In this document: positions 38,357 through 50,315 of the stretch, in pieces
How the letters are laid out: each line of letters begins with the position of its first letter
Position numbering within the stretch: position 1 is the stretch's first letter
Notes under the pieces: model-generated
Told to the model about the DNA's origin: nothing
The model's database searches: none
What the model saw: the letters and a program-made list of their open reading frames with translations, nothing else
Assembly: GCF_963921235.1 (NCBI RefSeq)
Contig: NC_086097.1
Span: 212,786,001 to 212,850,000, forward strand
DNA from: Mobula hypostoma
Taxonomy: Eukaryota
Length of the DNA: 64,000 nt
Direction of reading: 5' to 3'
Made by a program: the position numbers and the translations under genes

Positions 38357-38693
38357 TAGTACAACTCTCTGACAGTCTGACACCAGTGGGACTTTGGTGG
38401 CACTACACCACCAGTTTTATTTGGATCAATGGATATAACTTCCTTTAATTTCCCAAAAATCAATTCATGTTTTTTTAAAGATGTACGTTGTAGTATCATA
38501 AACCTTCTAGGGAACTCGGGCTAGTAAGGAAAACAGGGCCAGGTAATTTTAAAAGTAGTGCTGGAAGTCGGGCTCTGGTAAATTGAAAATGAGAATTCAA
38601 AGCAGAACCAGAGTTTGATCAGAGCACAAGCAAGATCATCAATGGAGCCAGATTTCTGAATAATCTGATACTAAGGTTAATGGAGTTTTACTG
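38357..38693. mobile_element. Possible pogo/Tigger-like MITE relic
   Basis: Left TA|TAGTACAACTC vs right GGAGTTTTACTG (CAGTAAAACTCC-type TIR); right TA not preserved. Confidence 0.4.
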
Positions 38694-40146
38694 CTTGAAT
38701 AATATAGTGTGGTATGTTGGCCCCAGTGGAATTACTTATGGACGCTACTGATGTTTACTACACCATGGGAGAAAGGCATTTTGTCAGGAATTTACGCCTG
38801 GGCTAAGCTGCATCAGAACTGACTGCAAGATAAATGTGTTGATGCAAGATTTCTTTGACATCCTGGTTAATATTGATCCTGCAATCAAAATACTTACCTG
38901 AAGTCGTTGCTCAGAACAATTGGCAATGTTGTTAGCAGCAGCAGCTGTCAATGGTGACATTTGTACTCTGTCCGGCCCAAAATTCACAGATCTTGTTGCA
39001 CAAGAAGCTCTGCATGACTGATCAGTGCATACGAATACATCCTAGATTTGAGGATGTCTCACAGTGGCTACAGGACATTCTGAGAAGGGAGGATGAGCAG
39101 TCAGACACAGTCCATACCAGTATCAATGACATAAACAGGATTAGTAATGAGGTCCTGCAAAGGAACTTCCATGATTGCAATCTCAGGACTACTATATATG
39201 CCATGTGCTAGTGAAGGGAGAAATAGATGCATAGTGCAATTCAACATGTGGCTAGGGATCTGTTGCAGGAGGAAGGGCATCAGACTCACAGAACATTGGG
39301 CTCTTTTCCAGGGCTGGTGGAACTTGGGCAAACAAAATGGCTTGCATTTGAACAGAAGGGGAACCAATATGCTGACTGGAAGGTTTTCCAGTGCTACTCA
39401 AGAGGGTTTAAAGTAGACTGGTTGGGAGATGAGAACCAGAGCAGCAGGGTTTAGGGCAAGAAATATGGCATGACAAGACTGAAGCAAGGAAGAGGCTGAT
39501 AAACATCTGGTATTGATTAACTGAAATGTGTTGATTTCAATTCTAGAGGTATTATGGATAAGGTGGATGAACTTAGAACCTGATTCAGTACATGGAATTA
39601 TGATGTTGTTGCCATAGCAAGACCTGGTTGCATGAGGGCCAGGACTGGCAGCTCAATGTTCCTGGATTTTGTAGTTCTAGATACAGTAGAGAGGGAGGTC
39701 AAAGAAATGGAGAGTTTGCACTGCAGGTAAGTAACAAAATGTCACAGCAGTTCACAGAGAGGACATAATGAAGAGCTCTCCACAGAGGCAATTTGTCTGA
39801 GTTCTGAAACAAGCAGGGTGAAATGACACACTTTTGGGATTATACCACAAGTCCCTCAATTGCAACAGACAGATGGAGGAACAGATATGTAGACTGATTT
39901 TGTAAAGGTGAACAACAGGGTTGTTCAACAGGTGAACATAGTGGGGTGGCGGGGGAACTTTAACTTCCCCAGCATTGATTGGAATTTCCTTAATACAATA
40001 GGCTTAAATGTGGCAGAATATCTTCAGTGCATCCAAGAGGGGTTCTTGAAACATTGACAGAGAGTTCAACTAGAGGAAAAAACATAGACTTGGTTTTCGG
40101 AAATGAGTCAGGCCAGGTGAAAGACTTCTTAGTGGGTGAACATTTT

Positions 40147-40314
40147 AGAAACATAGAAATATAGAAAACCTACAGCACAATACAGGTCCTATGGCCCTCA
40201 AAGCTGTGCCGAACACGTCCTTACTGTAGAAATTACCTAGGGTTACCCATAGCCCTCTATTTTTCTAACTCCATGTACCTATCCAGTAGTCTCTTAAAAG
40301 ACCCTGTCGTATCC
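40147..40314 (-). mobile_element. CR1 3' end nested in CR1
   Basis: Nearly the same sequence as 33488-33620; TSD ACATTTT 40140-40146 / 40315-40321. Confidence 0.88.
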
Positions 40315-41302
40315 ACATTTTGGGAATAGTGACTGCAGCTCATTATGTTTTAATATAATTATGAGAAAAATTTACATTGGATCTAGCAGATTGGTACTAT
40401 GTTGCCGGGGCAAATTTTGACAGGAGGTAAGGGTCGTTGATTGGGAGCAGCTGCTGTTGGTCAAGTTTGCTTCTAACATGTGGGAGTTGCTTAAAAACCA
40501 CCCAATCAGAATTCAGGATCGGCATATTCTGGTAAGGAATAGGGACAAGGTTGGTAAGGGTGGTAAGGAATCTTGGATGACCTGAGAGGTCCTAAATTTA
40601 GTCAGAAAGGAAAAGGAAGCATGTGTAGTGTTTAGAAATCTAAATTCAGACTGGGCCCTCGTAAAATATAAAGATAGCAGGAATGTGCCAAGTAGGTGAT
40701 CAGGAAGGCCTTAAGAGATAATGAAATACCTTTGACAAGTTGGATCAGGAGAATCCCAAGGCATTTCCAAGAATAAAAGAGGGTAACTATGGTGAGTAGG
40801 ATAAAGGATAAAGGGGGAATTTGTGATTGGAATCAGAGCAGGTCACTGAGGTACAGATATTAGATTAGTACTAGGTGTCGGTATTTACATAGGAAAAGAA
40901 CTGAGGGATAGTGAAGACTAAGTAGAGCGTGCTAATGTGCTGGGACATTTTGAGATTAAGGAGGAGGTAGTACTGTGTCTTCTGAAATGCATTAAGGTAG
41001 ATATGTTCTCAGGGTCTGATGGTATGTATCCTAGAATATTGTAAGGAGTTAGTGACAAGAAGCTTTGACAAGGATCTTTGTGTCCTCACTAGCAATAGGA
41101 GTGGAGAACAGCAAATGTTGTCCCTTTATTTAAGAAGAGAAATAGGGATACTGCAAGTGAGCCAGTGGGCCAGTGAGCCTCACATCAGTGGTAGAGAAGC
41201 TATTGCAGAGGATACCAAGGAACAAGTTTTTTGTGCATTTGGAAAGGCATGGCCTGCTTAGGGACAGTCAGAATGGCTTTGTGCACAGTACACAGGTCAT
41301 GA

Positions 41303-41618
41303 CTTTATACTTTATACTTTATATTTTATACTTTATTGTTGCTAAACAATTGGTACTAGAATGTACAATCATCAAAGTGATATTTGATTCTGCGCTTCCC
41401 ACTCCCTGGATTACAAATATTAAATATTAAATATTAAATATATTAAAAATAGTAAAAATGAGTAAATATTAAAATTTTAAATTATAAATCATAAATAGAA
41501 AATAGAAAAATGGGAAGTAAGGTAGTGCAAAAAAACTGAGAGGTAGGTCCGGATATTTGGAGGATATGGCCCAGATCCGGGTCAGGATCCGTTCAGCAGT
41601 CTTATCACAGTTGGAAAA
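41303..41618 (-). mobile_element. LINE 3' end (Rex1-type) nested in CR1
   Basis: Minus-strand FPTVIRLLN; (ACTTTAT)n tail; imperfect TSD GTCATGA / GTCAAGA. Confidence 0.75.
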
Positions 41619-42104
41619 GTCAAGATTGACAGACTTTTCTGAGAATGTGACAGAGGAGCTTGATAACGGTAAGACAATGGACGATATTTACATGGACTTT
41701 GATAAGGCATTTGATAAAGTCCCTCGTGGTAGGTTGATTCTGAAGATAAAGATGCATGGGATCCAGGGTGAATTGCAAGTTTTAGATTCGGAACTGGCTT
41801 GCCTACAGAAGACCGAGTATAGTTGCAGAAGGCTGTTATTCTGACTAGTGGTCCACAGCAAGTGGCTTCCAAAAGGATTGATGCTGGGATTTTTGTTGTT
41901 TGTAATATATCTCAATGATTTGGATGAAAACGTAGATGGGTGAATTAGAAACTGTGAATGACCCCAAGATTGGTGTAGTTGTGGATAATGTGAAGAACTA
42001 CAAAACAATACAATGGGATATAGATCAGATACAAGTATAGCCAGACAATTGGCAGGTATCTTTTAATACAGTTGCATGTGACGTTTTGCCCTTTAGGAGG
42101 AGAA

Positions 42105-42625
42105 ATAGAGTCATAGAAAACTGGCAGCACCGAAACAGGCCCTTCGGCCCATCTAGTCCATGCTGACCATTTAAACTGCCCACTCTCATCAATCTGCAAC
42201 TGGACTGTAGCCTTCCATCCCCCTACCATCCATGTACCAATCCGAACTCCTCTTAAATGTTGAAATCGAAATATTATCCACCACTTACGCTGGTAACCAC
42301 TCTTATCACCCTCTGAGAGAAGTTTGCCTTCATGTTCCCCTTAAACATTTCATCTTTCACTCTTAACCCATGGCCTCGAGTTGTAATTTCACCAAACCTC
42401 AGCAGAAAAAGCCTGGTTGTAAAGTTTATTTTCAGAGTACATACATGTCACCACATACAACTCTGAGATTCTTTTCTTTTTCTGTGGGCATACTGAGCAA
42501 ATCTATATAGCAGTAACTGTAAACTGGATCTGTAAACTGTAAACATCATTTGCCCTATCTACTTCCTCATAATTTTGTATACCTCTTACTAAATCTCCCC
42601 TCAATCTTCTATGTTCTCAGGAATA
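42105..42625 (-). mobile_element. CR1 3' end nested in CR1, itself containing a Rex1-type tail fragment (~42420-42545)
   Basis: Reverse 3' UTR CATAGAAAA..CAGGCCCTTCGGCCCATCTAGTCC; GTTCCCCTTAAACATTTC; flanks GAGGAGAAA / GAGGAAAAA. Confidence 0.8.
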
Positions 42626-43479
42626 GAGGAAAAAGTATACAGTTAATGGTAGACCCCTTAATAGAATTAAAGTCCAGAGGGTTATTGATTCTTCAGGTTC
42701 ATAGTTCACTGAAAGTGGCAATGTAAGTGGGTAAAGCCATCAAGAAGGCGTAGGGCATACATGTCCCCATCGGTGCGAGTTTGAGTGCAAGGGTAAGGAA
42801 GTCACGTTGCAGCAATATAAAACTGCACAGGACAGCACAGATAATTGCATGCAGTTCTGATCACCCCTTTATAGGAAGGATGTAAAGATTGTGGAAAGGG
42901 TGTGTGAAGGACTCCCCGGTTGCTGACTAGATTAGAGGAATTTCAGGAAAAGTTAGACAAAATAGAGTTGTTTTCTCTGGAGCTGTGGAAGTCTGTAAGA
43001 TTATGAGAAGCATAGCTGGAGTAGGTAGCCAGCATTATTTTTTCCAGGATTAGAGTGTCTAATACCAGGTTTGTCTAATTTTTCTTGTAGGTCATGCCAT
43101 CTAATTCAGGCAGCATCATGGTAAACTTCTACACCCTATAACTGGGTGACCAGAACTACACACAATGCTCCAAGTATGTTCTGAATAAAGTTTTATCTAG
43201 CTGAAGCCTGACTTCCTTATTCTGAAACCTCAACACCTCTGCCAATGAAAGCAAGCCTCCCTGCTGATCCACCCATCTATATTTATACACATGGATATGA
43301 AGGGAATGATTGGATATGGATGATACACAAGAGGAGGACATTCAGTATAAACTGGCATCAAGAGAATATAACATTTGGGCCTAATGGTCTATTCAGTGCA
43401 GTACTGTTCTATGTTCTATGTTCAAGACTGGATGGTCTTCTGGGAAGCTTTGAAATAGAATAGTCCCCTATAGGAACAG

Positions 43480-43577
43480 AGCAACTCACACAACATGCTG
43501 GAGTAACTCAGCAGGCCAGGCAGCATCTATGGGAAAAAAGAGGTCGATATTTCGGGCCGAAATCCTTCGGCAGGACT
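43480..43577 (-). mobile_element. Penelope pLTR fragment
   Basis: GCAACTCACACAACATGCTGGAG..TTTCGGGCCGAAATCCTTCGGCAGGAC; degenerate hammerhead. Confidence 0.8.
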
Positions 43578-43784
43578 TGTGGCCCATGATTTTGACCTCA
43601 CTATTTTCGTCCAACACACCTCCTTTGAACTTCCTCTCATTTAAATACATACACTATAGTATAAGATATTTCAACCCTGGGAAAAAAAAGATACTGGCTG
43701 TCTGCTCTATCCATTCCTCATGTAACTCTATGAACCTCTATAAGATTTCTGCAGCCCCAGAGAAAACAACCCAATTTGTCCAGA

Positions 43785-44530
43785 ATTAGAATCAGAATCA
43801 GGTTTAATGTTACTGGCAATATGTTGTGCAATTTGTTATTTTGCAGCAACGGTACATAGCAATACAAAATGGTTAAATAGATAAATAAACCAACCGATCA
43901 ATAAATGAATGGATGAACTATTTATAAATTTATATATATATTATTAAATAAGTAGTGCAAAAATATAGTGAGGAAGTGTTCATAGGTTCATTGTCCATTT
44001 TGAAATCGCTTGGCAGAGAGGAAGAAGCCGTTCCTAAAACATTGAGTGTGTATCATCAGGCTCCTGTACCTTCTCCTCGATGGTAGCACTGAGAAAAGGG
44101 CATGTCCTGGGTAATGGGGATCCTTACTGATAGATGCTGCCTTTTTGAGGCATGGCCCTTTGGAGATGTATTCAGTGCTATGAAGGCTGGTGCTCATGAT
44201 GGAGATAACTGAGTCTGCAACTTTCTGCAGCTTTTTCCAATCCTGCACAGGATGGGATTGTGCAGGGCAGTGCACAGTGCACAGTATCCCCTTAATAGTA
44301 CTCCTGTGCACCTCCTCGTCATCATCTAAAACGCTGCCAAGAATAGTTGTGTCATTGTCAAATTTATACTGTAGATGGTGCTTGAGCTGTGCCTAGCCAC
44401 ACAGTCGTGGGTGTAGAGAAAGTAGAGCAGTGGGCTAAGCATGCATCCTTGAGGTGTGCCAATATAGATTATCAACAAGGAGGAGGTGTTATTTCTGATC
44501 CACACTGACTGTGGTCTCCCAATGAGAAAG
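43785..44530 (-). mobile_element. Rex1/Babar 3' fragment with internal deletion
   Basis: Minus ORF 43988-44311 LQKVADS..KAASISKDPHYPGHALFSVLPSRRRYRSL; GTPQGCMLSPLLY at 44420-44460; (CTGATT)n tail. Confidence 0.88.
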
Positions 44531-45300
44531 TTACAGAAGAGATTTCTCTTTCCACATCTTTTTTATAATGGGTGACCAGAATTGAATGCAATACTCCGGA
44601 TATATTATGAAAGTCCCCCTGAGGGATGGCTACTGTTTAAGATTTGCCCATCTCTGTACAAAGAGAAGTTCCGGCAAATGTAAAAACTTTTCAGATTGCT
44701 TGAATAGATATAAAGGAAAATTGATTTCATTGTACTGTAACATTAACAGAATGGGGGAATCATTCTAATATTGACTACAGGTAGAGGTTGGTATATAAAT
44801 TTGAAGACGATGAAGAAGTAATTCTTTTGAAATAAAAATCTGTATAATATTTTGGGTCAGAATGCACTAATTGTTAGCTACCATTATGCAGGGTTGTCCC
44901 CTACAGAATGGTGGCTAACAATTAGTGATGCTGACATTTTTGTATCAATACAGAAAGTTGAAATATGAAGGCGTGAGATGATGGCACATCCAAACTTGCC
45001 TTCTTCTGCTGGTATTGATACTGAATGCATCTCAAAATTATATTGAACTATGAGCAAGATTCATTTTCTATGACCCCTCGGCTTACTGCTGAACACAGTT
45101 GCTACACCTATTGAAGCCCCAGTCATTTGAAAAATACCACTTCCATTTAAAAGGGAAATGAAGCTAAGTGATTTAGTTCTCCCCCTATCTTTACAGAATA
45201 TTAATGCTTTAATTAATCTGCATGATCTGAAAATATTTTTCAATAAAATTGTTTCTCTAATTTAGAAAATAACTTTTAAGTTTAAAATTGTTTAATGTTA

Positions 45301-45943
45301 CAGTCAGTGGCCACTTTATAAGGTACCTTCTGTACCTAATAAAGTGGCTACTGAGTTGTATCTTCATGGTCTTCTGCTGATGTAGCCCATCCACTTCAAG
45401 CTTCAACGTGTTGTGTATTCAGAGATGCTCTTCTGCACGCCACTGTTGTAACTCGTTGTTATTGAGTTACTCTCGGCTTCCTTTCAGTTTGAATCAATCC
45501 GGCCATTCTCTTTTGATCTCTCTCATTAACAAGGCAATTTTGCCCACAGAACTGCTCTCACTGGATTTGTTTTTCACCCCATTCTCTGTAAACTTTGGAG
45601 ACTGTTGCACATGAAAATCCCAGGAGATCAGCAGTTTCTGAAATACTCAAACATCCAACAATCATTCCATTCCAATCATTTCTTCCCCATTTCTGATGTT
45701 TGGTTTGATGTAATGCTGAGACTTTATAAAGCACATGTGATGCCTCACTTGGAATATTGAAAGCAGTATTGGGCTCCTTATCTTAGAAAGCTGATCAAAA
45801 ATATTTTCAGATCATGAAAATTGAACCTCTTGACCATGTCTGCATGCTTTTATGCATTGAGTTGCTGCCAAATGATTGATGATTAGATATTTGCATTAAT
45901 GGGCAGATGTACAGGTGTACCTAATAAAAGTGACCACTGAGTG
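45301..45943. mobile_element. Non-autonomous Tc1/mariner element
   Basis: TA|CAGTCAGTGGCCACTTTATAAGGTAC ... GTACCTAATAAAAGTGACCACTGAGTG|TA; TA TSD at 45299-45300 and 45944-45945. Confidence 0.88.
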
Positions 45944-46204
45944 TATTTCTGACATTGTCAGGAGGACATTTTGTTCATCTGAATGGTTCAGGATTCACTC
46001 TTTGAAGCCCACTTTTCAATAACGTTTTGATGCTGTGATCAAGTCATTAAATTTTGCTCTTTCTTGTAACTTGATGTGCACAAATTGCCTATGTTACTCA
46101 GTGAACACAAAGTTATGAAAGGTGCTTTAAGAATGCAAACCATTCTTTATAGGTAAAGTCAGACTTTGAGTCCCACGTCAGCGTTGACATGAGAGGCCAA
46201 AGGG

Positions 46205-47165
46205 CCTTTCATTGGCTTTGATGCAAAGTTTGCAGATAATACAAAGATAGCTGGAGGGGCAGGTAGTTTCGAGGAAGTAGAGAGGCTACAGAAGAACTTA
46301 GACAGATTAGGAGAATGGGCAAAGGAGTGGCAGATGGAATACGGTATTGGAAAGTGTATGATCATGTACTTTGGTAGAAGAAATAAAAAATAGACTATTT
46401 TCTAAACGGAGAGAAAATTCAAAAATCTGAGGCACAAAGGGACTTAGGAGTACTTGTGCAGAATTCCAGAAAGGTTAATTTGCAGGTTGAGTCAGTGGTG
46501 AGAAAAGCAGATGTGCTGTTAGCATTCATTTCAAGTGGACTAAGATATAAAAGCAAGGATGTAATGTTGAAACTTTATAAAGCGCGTGTGAGGCTTCACT
46601 TGGAGTATTGAGAGCAGTTTTGGCTCTTTATCTCAGAAAGAGTGTGCTGAAACTGGAGAGGGTACAAACGAGGTTCACGAAAATGGTTCCAGTATTAAAT
46701 GGCTTGTCACATGAAGAGAGTTTGATAGCTCTGGGCCTGTATTCATTGAAATTCAGGAGAATGATACGTGACTTAATAGAAACCTATGAATGGTGAAAGA
46801 CCTCGATAGAGTGGATGTGGAGAGACTGTTTCCTATGCTGAAAGAGTCTAGAACCAGAGGACACAGCCTCAGAATAGAGGTCCTTTTTGAACAGAAATGA
46901 GGAGGAATTTCTTTAGCCAGAGTGTGTTAAATCTGTGGAATTTATTGCCACAGGCAGCTGTGGAGACCAAGTCTTTACATATATTTAAGACAGCAGTTGA
47001 TGGTTTCTTGATTGGTTAGGGCATGATGGGATACAGGGAGAAGGCAGGAGATTGGGGCTGAGAGGGAATATGGATCAGTTATGATGAAATGGTGGAACAG
47101 ACTTGAAGGGATAAAAAGGCCTAATTCTGCTCCTATATCTTATGGCCTTTTCTGTGCTATATGAC
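46205..47165 (+). mobile_element. CR1 RT to 3' UTR
   Basis: AKFADNTKI..LDRLGEWAKEWQMEY; LERVQTRFTKM; 3' UTR. Confidence 0.92.
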
Positions 47166-47314
47166 TCAATGAATCTAAGATTCAATGGCAATACAATTAA
47201 TGAATAGAAAGTACTGTACAATGGGGTGCTAGTTCACCATCTCTGTAAGGATCACTGCGAAGTTTACATTAACACAAAGAATATTTGTTTTGGTAAATCA
47301 ATTTTGATGTTTTG

Positions 47315-48515
47315 GTGGATGTTGTCTATATGGACTTCAGTAAGGCCTTTGACAAGGTTCCACATGGAAGGTTAGTTAGGAAGGTTCAATCCTTAGGCAT
47401 TAATATCGAAGTAGTAAAATAGATTCAGCAGTGGCTGGATGGGAGATGCCAGAGAGTAGTAGTGGACAAACTGTGTCAGATTGGAGGACGGTGTGTAGCG
47501 GTGTGCCTCAGGGATCTGTACTGAGTCCAATGTTGTTTGTCATATATATTAATGATCTGGATGATGGGGTTGTAAATTGGATTAATAAGTATGCAGATGA
47601 TACTAAGATAGGTGGAGTTGTGGATAATGAAGTAGGATTTCAAAGCTTGCAGAGAGATTTAGACCACTTAGAAGATTGGGCTGAAAGATGGCAGATGGAG
47701 TTTAATGCTGATAAATGTGAGGTGCTACACTTTGGTAGGACTAATCAAAATAGGACATACATGGTAAATGGTAGGGCATTGAAGAATGTTGTAGAACAGA
47801 GGGATCTAGGAATAATGGTGCATAGTTCCCTGAAAGTGGTATCTCATGTGGATAGGGTGGTGAAGAAAGCTTTTGGTATGCTGGCCTTTATAAATCAGAG
47901 CATTGAGTATAGGAGTTGGGATGTAATGTTGAAATTGTATAAGGCATTGGTAAGGCCAAATTTGGAGTATTGTGTACAGTTCTGGTCACCGAATTATAGA
48001 AAAGATGTCAATAAAATTGAGAGAGTACAGAGGAGATTTACTAAAATGTTGCTTGGGTTTCATCTCCTAAGTTACAGAGAAAGGTTGAACAAGTTAGGTC
48101 TTTATTCTTTGGAGCGTAGAAGGTTGAGGGGGGACTTGATAGAGGTACTTAAAATTATGAGGGGGATAGATAGAGTTGATGTGGATAGGCTTTTTCCATT
48201 GAGAGTGGGGGAGATTCAAACAAGAGGGCATGAGTTGAGAGTTAAAGGGCAAAAGTTTAGGGGTAACATGAGGGGGAACTTCTTTACTCAGAGAGTGGCG
48301 GCTGTGTGGAACGAGCTTCCAGCAGAAGTGTTTGAGGCAGGTTCGATGTTGTCGTTTAAAGTTAAATTGGATAGATATATGGACAGGAAATAAATGGAGG
48401 GTTATGGGCTGAGTGCAGGTTGGTGGGACTAGGTGAGAGTAAGAGTTCAGCACGGACTAGAAGGGCCAAGATGGCCTGTTTCCGTGCTGTAATTGTTATA
48501 TAGTTATATGGTTAT
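47315..48515 (+). mobile_element. Young 5'-truncated CR1; the best preserved RT in the window
   Basis: ORF 47431-48393 (320 aa) GVPQGSVLSP..YADDTK..HFGR..LEYCVQFWSP..RRRLRGDLIE..WNELP; tail GTTATATAGTTATATGGTTAT. Confidence 0.95.
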
Positions 48516-49419
48516 AAAGGAGTAAGAAGGGAAAGATAGGCAGGAGCTTCCTGTTATTCATTTAAAACACATGCAATTGTCAGATTAAATTGCACCTAAT
48601 AGGTGAAAATGAATGGATTTCAAGTTGAATTTACCCACCCAGAGGAACAGATAAGATGCTCATAGAAAGTGTGGCTGAACATAGGATAAATGCTGAAGTT
48701 TGAAGGGGTGTCATGTGCGGGAAGGGAGAGTGTAAGCATAGATGAGTTTACAGTAACCCCACAGTGTCTGATTCCCTTCATGCTTTGTAAGTAGTATTCA
48801 AAAGAGAAAAACATTCTAATGAAAGTCTTTCAAATGATAATTGATTTAATTTAAGGAGTTACTAGTGTTCACCTTCATTTCCTTTCCATCGTCAATCTGA
48901 GACTTTGTGTTGCACTCCAGTAGCTTTAAGATGTAACAGCTTGCTGCTGTAGACACCGAGTCTGAACACAATTCGACTACAATTGCATACTTGGGTTACA
49001 GCTAATGTTACATGACAAGATATTTAACAGTGGCAGCTGTAAATGTAAGAAGTGACATGGTTTTATTTTGACACCTTTAAACAGGATTTTCTCTTTGTTA
49101 TAGCCTGGCACTCGTTCAATGCAACTTGAGATAATATATTCAGAATGACTTAATAATTAAAGCATTTAGTGATTAGTCATATATAGGACATAATAACTGG
49201 TAAATATGTTGTTTATTTATACATAATTCCTCTTTCTTTTTTTCTCATTTTCTGTTGTTTAATTTCTTCTATATTCTTCCCACTGCTCTGATGTAACGAT
49301 CAAGTCACCGACCCAGATCACCAGGATGCTTATTAATAAGAATGGCTGCCACTCCACTAATGGGCTGGATGACAAAATTTGCACAGAAGTATCTTCAGTT
49401 GTGTGTTAAGATTCCCAAA

Positions 49420-50315
49420 CCAAAGATAGGTGGAGGGACAGGTAATATTGTGGAAGCAATGAGTCTGTAGAAGGACTTGGGCAGATTAGGAGAATGGGCA
49501 AAGAAGTGGCAGATGGAATATAGTGTAGGAAGGTGTATGGTCATGCACTTTGGTAGAAGGAACAAAGGTGTAGACTATTTGCTAAATGGGGACAACATTC
49601 AAAAAGTAAGAGGTGCAAAGGGACTACAGAGTCCTTGTGCAGTATTCCCTAAAGATTAACTTTCAGGCTGACCCAGTAGCAAGGGAGGCAAACACAATGT
49701 TAGCATTCATTTCGAGAGGACGAGAATGCAAAAGCAAGGAAGTAATGCCAGAGCTTTATAAGGTTTTGGTCAGACCACATTTGAAATATTGTGAGCAGTT
49801 TTGGGCCTCATTAGTAAGAAAGGATGTGCTAACATTGGTGAGGGTCCAGCGGAGGTTTACGAGAATGATCCTGGGAATGAAAGGGTTACTATATGAGGAG
49901 CTTTAGGTGGCTCTGGGCTTGCGCTCGCTGGAGTTTAGAAGAATGTGGGAGGGATCTCATTGAAACCTACTGAATATTGAAGGGCCTGGATAGAGTGGAT
50001 ATGGAGAAGATGTTTCAAATGGCAGGAGAGTCTAGGACCAGAGGATAGAAGGGAGAACAGAGATGAGGAGAAATTTCTTTAGCCAGAGGGTGGTGAATCT
50101 GTGGAATTCATTGTCACAGATAGCTATGGAGGCAAATTCATTGGAAGGATGAATTCATTAAAGCAGGGGTTGATAGTTCTTGATTAATAAGGGCATCAAA
50201 TGTTATGGGGAGTAGACAGGAGAATGGAGCAGTGTAGGAAAATAAAACAGCCATGATGTAATGGTGGAGCAGACTCAATGACCAATTAGCTTGACTCTGC
50301 TCCTACGTCTTATAA
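49420..50315 (+). mobile_element. CR1 3' portion, degraded
   Basis: ORFs 49477-49659 and 49613-49906 (LGEWAKKWQMEY; LVRPHLKYCEQFW). Confidence 0.9.

Larger units (their letters stand above)
39030..43425 (+). mobile_element. Near-full-length decayed CR1 (ORF1 SGNH esterase, ORF2 APE and RT) with several nested insertions
   Basis: ORF1: VHTSINDI.., ISGLLYMP..RNRCIVQFNMWL..NGLHLNRRGT; APE LKCVDFNSRGIMDKVDEL from ~39520; RT IYMDFDKAFDKVP (ORF 41557-41844); (TTCTATG)n tail ~43405-43423. Confidence 0.88.

Noticed and set aside
38890..39020. Minus-strand exon ending in CAG|GTAAGT near 38892
   Set aside because: Strong donor but no convincing acceptor or recognisable peptide; abuts CR1 ORF1
47431..48393. 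320-aa ORF as a functional or domesticated RT gene
   Set aside because: 5'-truncated CR1: GTG start in a shifted frame, an upstream stop, no endonuclease or N-terminal RT motifs, and an ordinary CR1 tail
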